Positions 1 to 8,364 of a stretch of 32,000 nucleotides of DNA are shown piece by piece. Position 1 is the stretch's first letter. Every line of letters begins with the position of its first letter. Both the position numbers and the translations under genes were made by a program. The notes beneath the pieces are model-generated. The model made no database searches. It was given only the letters and a program-made list of their open reading frames with translations, and was not told where the DNA came from. Source of the DNA: an uncultured Chloroflexia bacterium (GTDB lineage Bacteria; Chloroflexota; Anaerolineae; Anaerolineales; Anaerolineaceae); contig OY969938.1 in assembly GCA_963704755.1 (NCBI GenBank), positions 3,750,001-3,782,000 of the forward strand, given 5' to 3'.

Positions 1-48
1 CTCGAAACGCTTGTGACAATCCTGGCAGCGATATTCATAAGATGGCAT
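1..48 (-). CDS. FmdB-family zinc-ribbon protein, first 16 codons only (gene runs off the left edge)
   Basis: Reverse complement of 1-48 translates to MPSYEYRCQDCHKRFE, the typical MP-x-YEYRC-xx-C start of FmdB/CxxC zinc-ribbon proteins. GGAG lies 8 nt upstream of the ATG (rc of 49-62 = ttggagtagttcgt). It is not in the ORF track because it is truncated. Confidence 0.55.
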   Translation of the reverse strand, partial: MPSYEYRCQDCHKRFE

Positions 49-397
49 ACGAACTACTCCAAAAAATGGGGGTAACGCAAGGTTCTGCTTGCGGGGAAAA
101 TCAAGATCGCTTTACCCGGCTAACCGGGTAGGTTTGATCGGCGGTCGGTTGCAATGGCCACAGACCGCAAGGAACGCAGCTTTCGCCAGGACATTCCTTT
201 TCTTTAGAATGCTCTTGGAACTTCTTGGACAGGCCTAAGGAGTTCCTATTTATCTATTATAATCAGGGTACCATAAGAATCCTGTAAGTTCACGCGAGAG
301 AACCAACGCCTTTACAGCCGCACCATTGATCGATGGGCTCTCCAGGTAGCGGAAATCAATCAGCGAGGGTAACCGGCCCAGACAGGATTCAGGCCTC

Positions 398-1054
398 ATG
401 AAAATTATGGACAGCAGGTTCAATGCCTTCATGGAAGATTCCATATCCTTCGATTTCAGCAACCCTTATCCTCTTTTAATTGTGGTTTCTGGTCCTTCCG
501 GGGTGGGGAAAAACTCTGTCATTCAAGCTTTAAAGAAGCGGAAATTACCGCTGCATGTGGTGGTCACCACCACCAACCGCAAACCCCGCCCGAATGAAGT
601 CAATGGTGTGGATTATTATTTCGTCAGCACCGAACGGTTCGAAGAAATGATCCGCACGGATGAACTGATCGAGCACGCTGTGGTGTACGGCGACTATAAA
701 GGGATCCCCAAGGCGCAGATCCGTGAAGCCTTTGCCACCGGCCGGGATGTGATTTTACGGGTGGACGTGCAAGGCGCAGCCCGCCTGCGCGATCTCTACC
801 CTGAATCGGTTTTGATTTTCCTGATGCCGGCCAATATGGAAGAATGGATCCAGCGTTTACAGGATCGCAAGAGCGAAACCTCCAAATCTTTGCACCGCCG
901 GGTAGAAACCGCCCGCCGGGAGATGGAACACTTGCAGGAATTCGACTATGTCGTGGTCAACGCCAACTGCCTGTTGGAAGAGGCCGTGGACAATATTGTT
1001 TCGATTATCGATGTGGAACATCTGCGGGTTAAGCCGCGAAAAATAAATATATGA
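398..1054 (+). CDS. gmk: guanylate kinase
   Basis: 218-aa ORF with P-loop VVSGPSGVGKNS, followed by TTR-x-PR-x-E-x-GVDY-FV and YG-type motifs typical of Gmk. The true start may be an internal Met. The stop overlaps the next gene (ATGA). Confidence 0.93.
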   Translation: MKIMDSRFNAFMEDSISFDFSNPYPLLIVVSGPSGVGKNSVIQALKKRKLPLHVVVTTTNRKPRPNEVNGVDYYFVSTERFEEMIRTDELIEHAVVYGDYKGIPKAQIREAFATGRDVILRVDVQGAARLRDLYPESVLIFLMPANMEEWIQRLQDRKSETSKSLHRRVETARREMEHLQEFDYVVVNANCLLEEAVDNIVSIIDVEHLRVKPRKINI

Positions 1055-1827
1055 CAATTTCTCATTACACCCAGGGCCCGTCTTCGTATAACCCAACGCC
1101 CCCACCTCCCCCGCGACGGAGCGTCCAACGACCGCCATCTTACCAGCCTTACGTGACCTACATTATGATCGCGTCCTGCGTGCTGGTCTATATCGGCCAG
1201 ATGCTCACGCCGGTAGCGGGCACCGGTGGCCTGGACTTGTTTTCTTTATTTGGCGCGAAGATCAATTCGCTGATCATCCAGGGACAATACTGGCGCTTGC
1301 TGACCCCCATGTGGCTGCACGGCTCCATTTTGCACATTGCATTCAACATGTACGCGCTGTATATTTTCGGGGTCAACCTGGAACGCTATTACGGTCATTG
1401 GCGCTTTTTGTGGCTGTATCTGCTCAGCGGTTACGCGGGCAACGTAGTCTCTTTCTTGATGTCTCCCTCGGTTTCGCTGGGCTCTTCGACGGCTATCTTT
1501 GGCCTGATCGCGGCCCAGGGCGTCTTTCTTTATAAAAACCGCCAGTTGATCCGCAACGCACGCGGGATGCTGCTCAATACCGTTGCCATCGCGGCCATCA
1601 ACCTGGTACTGGGGCTGTCGCCGGGTATCGATAACTGGGGGCACCTGGGAGGCTTGCTGGGCGGGTTGGCCTATGCCTGGTCGGCCGGTCCGGTCTGGCT
1701 GCTGCAGAACGACGCCAGCGGCGTCCGGCTGATTAATCAGCGCAGCCGCCAGCGGGTCATCCTGGTTGCCGTTGGTGTGTTTGTGTTGTTCACGATCATC
1801 GCCGCGTTCAAGATTTTCACTGCCTGA
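1051..1827 (+). CDS. rhomboid-family intramembrane serine protease
   Basis: 258-aa multi-TM ORF with WRLLTPMWLHGSILHIAFNM, the catalytic-Ser motif GSSTAIFGL and the catalytic-His motif WGHLGGLLGG. It has a Pro-rich N-terminal tail and is translationally coupled to gmk. Confidence 0.9.
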   Translation: MTISHYTQGPSSYNPTPPPPPRRSVQRPPSYQPYVTYIMIASCVLVYIGQMLTPVAGTGGLDLFSLFGAKINSLIIQGQYWRLLTPMWLHGSILHIAFNMYALYIFGVNLERYYGHWRFLWLYLLSGYAGNVVSFLMSPSVSLGSSTAIFGLIAAQGVFLYKNRQLIRNARGMLLNTVAIAAINLVLGLSPGIDNWGHLGGLLGGLAYAWSAGPVWLLQNDASGVRLINQRSRQRVILVAVGVFVLFTIIAAFKIFTA

Positions 1828-1842
1828 TTTAAAAAATATATA

Positions 1843-1891
1843 AAAGGGTATTGTTTTTTGGGTGCGAAGCACCAAAAAAACAATACCCTTT
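1843..1891. terminator. bidirectional hairpin between convergent rhomboid and MFS genes
   Basis: aaagggtattgttttttgggtgc-gaa-gcaccaaaaaaacaataccctt forms a stem of about 22 bp with one mismatch. The arms contain T/A runs and the hairpin lies between two stop codons (1827 and 1940). Confidence 0.6.
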
Positions 1892-1939
1892 ATGTTATTT
1901 ATGGCCCAAGCCCGTAAGGGGTTTTCTGAGAGGTTTGAT

Positions 1940-3250
1940 TCAGTCCGCAACCAGCGGTGGGGCAATGGGCTCGACGGACACTGCGCTGCCGCCCGGCTGC
2001 TGCTGATCCAGGGTGGCAATATTCTTGTTGACCAGACCGTAAACGGCCATCACCACACAGGCGGCAGCGGCAATCAGGTACCAGGACTGCAAACCGAGCC
2101 AGTCGGCCAGAGGTGTGGCGATGATCATGCTGATCGGCATCATGATCTGGGCGCCGCTATTCAAAAGGGTAAATACACGGCCCTGCATCTCGGGCTCGAC
2201 TTTATCCTGCAGCAAGGCGAACAGAGGGCCATTGGTCAGGGAGTTCATCGTCCCCATGAACAGCATGCCGCCCAGGGCGAGGATGTATCCGGAAGAAGGC
2301 GCTAACCCAATCGCGCTGATGCCCACGCCCATCCCGATCAGCCCGCTCATGGCGGTGTAGACCTTGCGGCGGAAGCCACCCCACAGGCTGAGCAACAGCC
2401 CGCCGGCGACGATACCAAAACCAAAGGCCGAGTCCATCCAGCCGTATTGGGCTGCGTTACCGTTGAAGTGGCGGGTGACCAGCAGGGGGATGAAGGATGA
2501 AGCCGGTGAGAAGAAGAAATTTACCAGAGCTGCCATGACAATGACACCCATCAGGCCCGGCCAGGCGGCGACGTAGCGCAGTCCCACCCGCACGTCCTTG
2601 ACCATGGTGGTCATGGTCACCGACTTGACCTCGTCATTGTGGACCGGCTGCGGGATCGTAATGAAGAACAGGATCCCTACCGCGATAAAGGCGGTGACAA
2701 TGTCGATAGCCAGGACACTGAACATGGGCAGGAAGGAGATCAGCAAAGCTCCCAGCGGTGGTGCGCCAATAGTTATCAAGCCCTGCAGAGCCTGGTTAGC
2801 CCCGGCCAGGCGTGAGAGGTGCTTCTTGGGTACCATCAGGGTGGTAGAAGCCTGCATGGCCGGCCACTGGAAGGCCCCGCCCAGTGAACGTACGAACATG
2901 GCAGCGTAAATGTGCCAGATCTGGGCCTTGCCGAACATGAACAGGACCACCAACGCCAGCGTGGCCAGGGCAGTCACGGAATCCGACACCATCATCACGA
3001 TCTTGCGGTTCCAGCGATCCACCAACGCTCCGGCGAATGGTCCCAGCAGAACCTGCGGCAGCAGGGCGGCAATCGTGGCGGTGGCCAACACCGCGGTCGA
3101 GCCGGTCTGGGCGGTCAGGTACCAGACCAGGGCGAACTGGACCAGGCCGGATCCCAGCATCGAAAAGGCCTGACCAATCCATAAGGGAGCGAACCGCCGG
3201 AGCCAGCCGGGCGATTCGATTTCAACAGTTGTCGTAGACGTATTTTCCAT
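1940..3250 (-). CDS. MFS transporter
   Basis: 436-aa ORF, about 12 hydrophobic segments, with the MFS-type loop motif GALVDRWNRK after TM2. AGGTGA RBS upstream of the ATG at 3250. Confidence 0.85.
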   Translation of the reverse strand: MENTSTTTVEIESPGWLRRFAPLWIGQAFSMLGSGLVQFALVWYLTAQTGSTAVLATATIAALLPQVLLGPFAGALVDRWNRKIVMMVSDSVTALATLALVVLFMFGKAQIWHIYAAMFVRSLGGAFQWPAMQASTTLMVPKKHLSRLAGANQALQGLITIGAPPLGALLISFLPMFSVLAIDIVTAFIAVGILFFITIPQPVHNDEVKSVTMTTMVKDVRVGLRYVAAWPGLMGVIVMAALVNFFFSPASSFIPLLVTRHFNGNAAQYGWMDSAFGFGIVAGGLLLSLWGGFRRKVYTAMSGLIGMGVGISAIGLAPSSGYILALGGMLFMGTMNSLTNGPLFALLQDKVEPEMQGRVFTLLNSGAQIMMPISMIIATPLADWLGLQSWYLIAAAACVVMAVYGLVNKNIATLDQQQPGGSAVSVEPIAPPLVAD

Positions 3251-3545
3251 TTTTTCACCTGTGTATTTTTATTCCGGAGCGCAGGCGCGCGCCGGCCTAT
3301 GCATGGCAATAACCCTTCCTCATTGCCTGCCTCATATCGTTTCAGGTTGTATGCTGCTCAAACCGCAGCATGAATACCAGCCCGGCCTGTCGCGAGGTCG
3401 AGATTATCTACTGTGTAAATTGTGTCTGTTCGGGATGATCGTTTTTATATGCACGGCGGCTACTCCACCATGCATATAAAACATTTATGCCGTATCCCAT
3501 CCCTACGTTAAATACGTATCCGGGGTAGGCAGGTTGCGCCGGGGG

Positions 3546-3956
3546 CTATTCGATATAGACCTCCACGTGTTCGCCGTCTTCTTCATCGACGACGTCCACA
3601 ACCTGGCCCATTTCACCCGACTGGATCAGGGCCATCAACTCTTCCACGTCCAGGCCTTCCACCTCGGGGGCGAACTTCATGCCCATGCGGATCCCGGAGC
3701 TGACCAGGCTAAGCGGCAGGCGGACGTTCACACGGGTTTTACCGGTATCGGTGTCGGTTACCCGCACCCGCAGCCAGCGCCCGGCCGTATTCGCATTGGA
3801 AAGCGAGCCGGCCGCCGGGAATGTACCTGGTTTGGGCGAAGTGTTCCTGGCGGCGGAGGTTTCCAGGGCTTCTAAAAGTTGAGCGGCCTGGTCGGCGTTG
3901 ATCCGCCCTTCTTGGAGCAGTTGTAAAATTTTCATGCGTTCTTCAGCGTTTGGCAT
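3546..3956 (-). CDS. SHOCT-like/LiaX-N-like domain protein (hypothetical)
   Basis: 136-aa ORF. The N-terminal EERMKILQLLQEGRINADQAAQLLEAL is the SHOCT-like helix pair. It lies immediately downstream of a DUF2089 gene whose C-terminus carries the same motif. Confidence 0.6.
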   Translation of the reverse strand: MPNAEERMKILQLLQEGRINADQAAQLLEALETSAARNTSPKPGTFPAAGSLSNANTAGRWLRVRVTDTDTGKTRVNVRLPLSLVSSGIRMGMKFAPEVEGLDVEELMALIQSGEMGQVVDVVDEEDGEHVEVYIE

Positions 3957-4053
3957 GATCGTATCCTTTCTTTAGCAAAACAACTCAGGTCGCCGTGTTC
4001 CAGGGCAGAAGGCCTCGAATTCACTTGCCGAGACTGAGGGGTTGTCTTTTTCC

Positions 4054-4458
4054 TTAATTACTCGCCTCGTCTTTTTTGCCGAGCAGCCGGGACTGCGCTT
4101 CTTCGGGGCTGATCTGGCCCTGGGCCAACAGGTCGAGAATGCGCATGCGGTCGTCTGACGACAGGCGGGCGGGAGTCTCTTCGCGGCCAGGCTCGTAACC
4201 CAGCACGTGCAAAATATCGTTGAAGCGGTTGCGCAGGGTGGGGTAAGACAAACTCATTTCCTCTTCCATGCGGTTGAACCGCCCTTCGCAGCGGATGAAG
4301 GTGAGCAGGAATTGCATTTGCTCGACGTTAAGGGCCGCGAAGGGATTGGTCTCGGGTTGAAAATGCCCCTCGATGGTTGTGTCGCAGTGGGGACAATAGA
4401 TACGGGTAACGAGCAAGTCGCCCTGGCAAACCGGGCACTTTTCGAGCATCGGGTTCAT
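4054..4458 (-). CDS. DUF2089-family zinc-ribbon/HTH protein
   Basis: 134-aa ORF starting with CPVCQGDL...YCPHCDT (a four-Cys zinc ribbon), then FIRCEGRFNRMEEEMSLSYPTLRNR (HTH-like). The C-terminal DDRMRILDLLAQGQISPEEAQ is SHOCT-like. Confidence 0.75.
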   Translation of the reverse strand: MNPMLEKCPVCQGDLLVTRIYCPHCDTTIEGHFQPETNPFAALNVEQMQFLLTFIRCEGRFNRMEEEMSLSYPTLRNRFNDILHVLGYEPGREETPARLSSDDRMRILDLLAQGQISPEEAQSRLLGKKDEASN

Positions 4459-4555
4459 GATATCTCCATTCGACTGGCGGGTTCGCTGCTCATGCAGGCG
4501 GAGCCAGGTGTTTGATTACTTTATTGAACTGATTTTAGCACGCTTCTAAAAAAAG

Positions 4556-4619
4556 TCAATATGTATATTGAATAAATTTAAAATTTAACTGAAATATATT
4601 GATATATTTAATAATTGCA
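4556..4619. promoter_or_regulatory. AT-rich promoter region with two operator-like palindromes upstream of the DUF2089 operon
   Basis: TCAATAT-gt-ATATTGA at 4556-4571 and AAATATA-ttga-TATATTT at 4602-4619, in a very AT-rich spacer about 100-160 nt upstream of the DUF2089 start (4458, minus strand). Confidence 0.35.
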
Positions 4620-4623
4620 TTGA

Positions 4624-5016
4624 TTATTCTGTTTTGGCGGGCGCCTGGGGGCTCTCCCTTTCGCAGTACAACACCCAGAAACCCTTGCGGGAGTCTACAT
4701 CCAGGGGAGAGCGGTCGTAATAGAGGTCGAATACCCGGTTCTCATTCGTTCTTACGCGAAAATAAAAACGGCCCACCCCCCAGGAGCCGGTTTGGGATGC
4801 CCGGGAAGCGTGCTCAGGGATCATATTCTTTTCCATGCGTCCGCGCCGGCGATAATCTTTCCATTCGGCCAGCAACTCCTGGATGACAAAAGTCTTTCCA
4901 TCCCAGGTAAAAGTATCCGGGCAGGTGGGCTTCTTCTCCAGAACAGGCGTCTGGATAAATTGCACCTGGATGGTTTCGTCGATGAAATGGATCGATTTGG
5001 AGTCCTGGCTGGCCAT
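4624..5016 (-). CDS. hypothetical protein (130 aa)
   Basis: Clean ORF with a GAGGT RBS 6 nt upstream of the ATG at 5016. Protein-like composition. I recognise no family motif. Confidence 0.6.
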   Translation of the reverse strand: MASQDSKSIHFIDETIQVQFIQTPVLEKKPTCPDTFTWDGKTFVIQELLAEWKDYRRRGRMEKNMIPEHASRASQTGSWGVGRFYFRVRTNENRVFDLYYDRSPLDVDSRKGFWVLYCERESPQAPAKTE

Positions 5017-5203
5017 TCGTACCTCGATTTCAGCAGCTTCGCGATCTATTCTGAGGAGCTGCTAAGGCTATTATTAATGATTTGTAAATAATTTTAACGG
5101 CTAACTTCGCCCAATAACATTGTGTTATACTGAATTGGCTTAACCTGGCCTGTTGTCTTTCTCGATAAACTATACAACATCTGGCTCTCAATCTGGAGGT
5201 CAA

Positions 5204-5614
5204 ATGAAAACATTGTTGCTAATGCGCCATGGAAAGTCGTTGTTTAAAGACAGCGATGTACCTGACTTTGAACGGCCGTTGAGTAAACGCGGTGAAAAAG
5301 ATACTGCCCGGATGGGCAAACAACTCAAAGATAAAGATTTGACGCCTGACTTGATCCTTTCCTCCACGGCCGTGCGAGCGGCCCGGACGGCGGAAGCGGT
5401 CGCCGAAAAAAGCGGCTACAAAGGCGAAATCATTTATATCAACGACCTGTACCTGGGCGAACCGGAAACCTATCTGGCGGCGATCAACAGCGTGGACGAT
5501 GAAAAAGGCGATACCATGCTGGTCATTGGCCATAACCCGGGCATGGAAAGTCTGCTGCAGGTGCTGACCGATAAGGTCGAAATCGCTTCCGACCGGCGGA
5601 TTGGCCCAGCTTAA
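5204..5614 (+). CDS. SixA-like histidine phosphatase; apparent frameshift near 5580, with the conserved C-terminus continuing in the +1 frame to 5699
   Basis: LLLMRHGKS (catalytic RHG) and VIGHNPGM motifs. The ATG at 5204 is preceded by GGAGG; the track start at 5153 is an upstream TTG. The +1 frame from about 5582 reads KSLPTGGLAQLKVPVRSWKALNGEIISRLEALYRPRELK*, which is the expected family C-terminus. Confidence 0.85.
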   Translation: MKTLLLMRHGKSLFKDSDVPDFERPLSKRGEKDTARMGKQLKDKDLTPDLILSSTAVRAARTAEAVAEKSGYKGEIIYINDLYLGEPETYLAAINSVDDEKGDTMLVIGHNPGMESLLQVLTDKVEIASDRRIGPA

Positions 5615-5733
5615 AGTGCCGGTCCGTTCCTGGAAGGCTCTCAACGGGGAAATTATTTCACGCCTGGAGGCGCTTTACCGGCCTCGTGAGTTGAAATAGG
5701 GTTGGGTTAGGGAATTTCGGTTAAAAGGTTTTG

Positions 5734-5757
5734 CCTCCATTTGGAGGTATTTTTATT
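5734..5757 (+). terminator. intrinsic terminator after the SixA-like gene
   Basis: cctcca-tt-tggagg hairpin followed by tatttttatt. It lies 35 nt after the TAG at 5697-5699 that ends the frameshift-corrected reading frame. Confidence 0.5.
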
Positions 5758-5765
5758 GAACCGAT

Positions 5766-5788
5766 CTGGCAGCCAGGCTGGCTGCCAG
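5766..5788. repeat. short perfect palindrome CTGGCAGCCAG-g-CTGGCTGCCAG
   Basis: 11-bp arms. The CTGGCAGC...GCTGCCAG tip is shared with the long hairpin at 12236-12284. Confidence 0.5.
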
Positions 5789-5892
5789 TGGCCAAAACGG
5801 GCAGAGGGGGTATTGGGCCTGCTTTGAGGATATTTATGATTTCAAGGGTGGTTATTTTTTGTGCCGGATAAATTAGAGTATTGTTACAAATA

Positions 5893-5921
5893 TTGTATTA
5901 ATACCTACCGGTCGGTATAAT
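5893..5921 (+). promoter_or_regulatory. candidate sigma70-type promoter with overlapping 18-bp operator palindrome upstream of the P450 gene
   Basis: TTGTAT (5893-5898), 17-nt spacer, TATAAT (5916-5921). ATACCTACCGGTCGGTAT (5901-5918) is palindromic at 16 of 18 positions and overlaps the -10. Confidence 0.4.
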
Positions 5922-6024
5922 TAAAATAAAAAACGCAGGCAAGGTCTTTGAGCAGGGTATGGGTGGACCCGCCTCTGCCTCATTATGACGACATTCCCTG
6001 CGAGTCTGTTCGCTGAAAGGACCT

Positions 6025-7392
6025 TTGATGAATGAACTAACCCTTGGCCAATCGGCCGTTAACTTGCCGCCATCGCCGAAAGGGGCACCGCTGGTAGGTG
6101 TCTTACCCCAATTCAGCCGGGACCCATTGGGCTACCTGGTGAACCTGGCCCACACCCTGGGCCCGGTAGTACGGATGAACCTGGTCAACCGCCAGATTTA
6201 CCTGGTGTCTCAACCGGATGTGGTTTACCAGGTGCTGGTTGGCAACCAAAAGAATTATCGCAAGGGCTATGAGATGGCCAAACCGCTGATGGGCAACGGG
6301 CTGGTGACCAACGAAGGCAAGTCCTGGCGCAAACAGCGCCGCTTGATCCAACCGACCTTCAGCCGGCCCCAGATCGCTACGTACACGGAGTACATGCTGG
6401 CTGCGGCCGCCGAGTTCAGCCGCCATTGGGATATGCTCGCCGATTCGGGCGAGGTCTTTGACATCGCCGAGGAGATGATGCGCCTGACCCAGACGATCAT
6501 CGTGCGCACCATGTTCTCTTCGGACGTGGGTGGCCAGGCGGATGCGCTTGGCAAGGCCTTCGATCAGACCCTGGAATTTCTCAACCGGGTGCTCATGTCC
6601 CCCAGCCATCTCCTGCAGGAGTTGCCCACCCCGGCGAACCTGCGCCATAAGCGGGCCTTGAAGTTCCTGGACGATTTCGTTTACCGCCTGATCGCCGAAC
6701 GGCGTGCCTCCGGGCGCGATGAAGGCGATTTGCTTGGCCGCCTGCTGGCCGCAGCGGACCCCGACACGGGTGAAAAGATGCCGGATAAACAGGTGCGGGA
6801 TGAATTGATGACCATTTTCCTGGCCGGCCACGAGACGACGGCCAATGGCCTGGCCTGGACCTGGTATTTGCTGGGGCACGACCCGAGTGTGGAAGAAAAG
6901 CTCGTGGCTGAGGTCGACACGGCCCTGGAGGGCCGCGACCCGGTCATGGATGACCTGGCTAATATGCCGTACACCAATATGGTCTTTTCCGAGGCGCTGC
7001 GGCTATATCCACCGGCCTGGATGTTTGCCCGCAAAGCCATTGAGGCGGATGTATTGGCCGGTTTCCGCGTACCAGCCGGGGCGATGCTGTTCGTCAGCCC
7101 GTATGTGACCCAACATTTGCCCGAGTATTGGGACGAGCCGGAAAAATTCGACCCCGAGCGGTTCACCGAGAGCGCCATCAAGAGCCGCCCGCAATATGCC
7201 TATTATCCCTTTGGCGGCGGTCCACGCCTGTGTATTGGGAATTATTTCTCCACAGTGGAGGCGCGCCTGATTATGTCTTTCATGCTGCGCCGCTACCGCA
7301 TCCGGTTGCAGGCAGAGATGCCGGTCAAACCCACCCCCATCGCCACCTTACAGCCCCGTCCCGGTGTATTCGTGAGGTTGGAACACCGGTAA
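6025..7392 (+). CDS. cytochrome P450
   Basis: 455-aa ORF with the haem-binding loop FGGGPRLCIGNYF, I-helix FLAGHETT and the EALR (ExxR) motif. The likely start is the ATG at 6028 after GAAAGGA. Confidence 0.95.
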   Translation: MMNELTLGQSAVNLPPSPKGAPLVGVLPQFSRDPLGYLVNLAHTLGPVVRMNLVNRQIYLVSQPDVVYQVLVGNQKNYRKGYEMAKPLMGNGLVTNEGKSWRKQRRLIQPTFSRPQIATYTEYMLAAAAEFSRHWDMLADSGEVFDIAEEMMRLTQTIIVRTMFSSDVGGQADALGKAFDQTLEFLNRVLMSPSHLLQELPTPANLRHKRALKFLDDFVYRLIAERRASGRDEGDLLGRLLAAADPDTGEKMPDKQVRDELMTIFLAGHETTANGLAWTWYLLGHDPSVEEKLVAEVDTALEGRDPVMDDLANMPYTNMVFSEALRLYPPAWMFARKAIEADVLAGFRVPAGAMLFVSPYVTQHLPEYWDEPEKFDPERFTESAIKSRPQYAYYPFGGGPRLCIGNYFSTVEARLIMSFMLRRYRIRLQAEMPVKPTPIATLQPRPGVFVRLEHR

Positions 7393-7427
7393 AGGTAGAG
7401 TATAGGGAGTTTTTCCTGTATTCTTCC

Positions 7428-7645
7428 GTAGGGGCGAAGCCGCCGGCAGGTAGGCTTGGGAAGCAAAGGATATTGGCTCCGGCCGCTTCGCCCGCTACGC
7501 TGGCAGGCATAAAAAATGGGAGTTGCAACAGGCATTCGGCTCTTCCTGCCAAATTCTGGAAAAGTCTTTTGTTATAGCGGGCGAAGCGGCCGGAGCGAAT
7601 ACATATCCGCTTTCCAAGCTCGCCCGCCGGCTGCTTCGCCCCTAC
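7428..7645. repeat. REPIN-like nested inverted repeat (two REP pairs) 3' of the RAYT gene
   Basis: The outer arms are GTAGGGGCGAAGCCGCCGGCAGGTAGGCTTGGGAAGC (7428-7464) and its imperfect complement GCTTTCCAAGCTCGCCCGCCGGCTGCTTCGCCCCTAC (7609-7645). The inner arms are GGATATTGGCTCCGGCCGCTTCGCCCGCTA (7468-7497) and TATAGCGGGCGAAGCGGCCGGAGCGAATACATATCC (7574-7608). A central TGGCAGG/CCTGCCA stem is also present. The 5' GTAG is typical of REPs. Confidence 0.7.
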
Positions 7646-7662
7646 GCCAGATAGGGCAGCCA

Positions 7663-8256
7663 TCACCTGCGCCATTGGGACGGGTTATTCTCGATGTACG
7701 CGGCGATCTTTACCCATTCGGCCTCGTTGCGGATGACGTGTTCGTAATAATTCCGCTGCCAGACGGGCTTGCCAGGTGACTGTCCTAAAACGTTGATCCG
7801 CCGGGTGGTTACCGATTTGAAATACTGGATGATCGCGTTCAACGCCCCGGGTTCCGTTCCGTGGGGGTGGACGTCCTGGTCAACGGTCACGGCTTTCTTT
7901 GCGTTGCCCAGGCTCGTTTCCCGTATCGCCAAGACGCCATGGAAATGATCCGGCATGATTGCCCAGGTCTCCAGGGTGACGGGGAAATGAACGGCCAGGT
8001 TGCGCCAGGTTTGATCCACGCATTGGCCATACTGGTTCAAATGCATTGTTTCCCCAATTATTTCGCCAAATAAATGCCTGCGCTGATCACAGGCCAGGGT
8101 GACAAAATACCAGCCGGCCTGGGAATAATCAAAATCCCGCAGGCGGTTGGATTGGCGATCCAGGGCGATTGCAGCCTGCCTGTATTTCGAGGGCAATTCC
8201 CCAAAGAATGGGTTTTTGAGTGTTATTGTGGGGCGTAGCCCCACAATAACACTCAA
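7663..8256 (-). CDS. REP-associated tyrosine transposase (RAYT; IS200/IS605-like HUH Y1 transposase family)
   Basis: YDYS-type start DFDYSQAGWYFVTL, HUH motif MPDHFHGVLAI and catalytic-Tyr region WQRNYYEHVIRNE. The first ~20 codons of the track ORF run through a perfect palindrome, so the true start is probably the in-frame TTG at 8196 or nearby. Confidence 0.85.
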   Translation of the reverse strand: MSVIVGLRPTITLKNPFFGELPSKYRQAAIALDRQSNRLRDFDYSQAGWYFVTLACDQRRHLFGEIIGETMHLNQYGQCVDQTWRNLAVHFPVTLETWAIMPDHFHGVLAIRETSLGNAKKAVTVDQDVHPHGTEPGALNAIIQYFKSVTTRRINVLGQSPGKPVWQRNYYEHVIRNEAEWVKIAAYIENNPSQWRR

Positions 8257-8294
8257 AATTATCTCTCTGTTGGGACTAAATTGGCATGATGCGA
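8160..8294 (-). repeat. 135-bp hairpin-bearing repeat, copy A (inverted partner at 17214-17348)
   Basis: Contains the perfect 21-bp-stem palindrome TTTTGAGTGTTATTGTGGGGC-GTA-GCCCCACAATAACACTCAAAA (8214-8258). The reverse complement aligns with 17214-17348 with about 8 mismatches by hand alignment. Confidence 0.8.
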
Positions 8295-8364
8295 CTGCCT
8301 TGTTGGCGATCCGGTAGCGATTTCATCGGTTTTGCTCCCCCTGGAATTCGTAGATTTTGCCAAC

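Larger units (their letters stand above)
7428..8294 (-). mobile_element. RAYT locus: REPIN-like element + REP-associated tyrosine transposase gene + 5' hairpin element
   Basis: Combination of the three component features listed separately. This is the canonical arrangement of a RAYT gene flanked by its cognate palindromes. Confidence 0.6.

Noticed and set aside
60-397. Possible ncRNA, riboswitch or small remA-like gene between the FmdB-like gene and gmk (three short hairpins at about 80-175; track ORF 250-462 on the minus strand)
   Set aside because: None of the six frames gives a RemA/DUF370-like or other recognisable peptide. The hairpins (CGCAAG/CTTGCG, TACCCGG/CCGGGTA, GCGGTC/GACCGC) match no RNA family I know. 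The evidence is too weak to call anything beyond a divergent promoter region.
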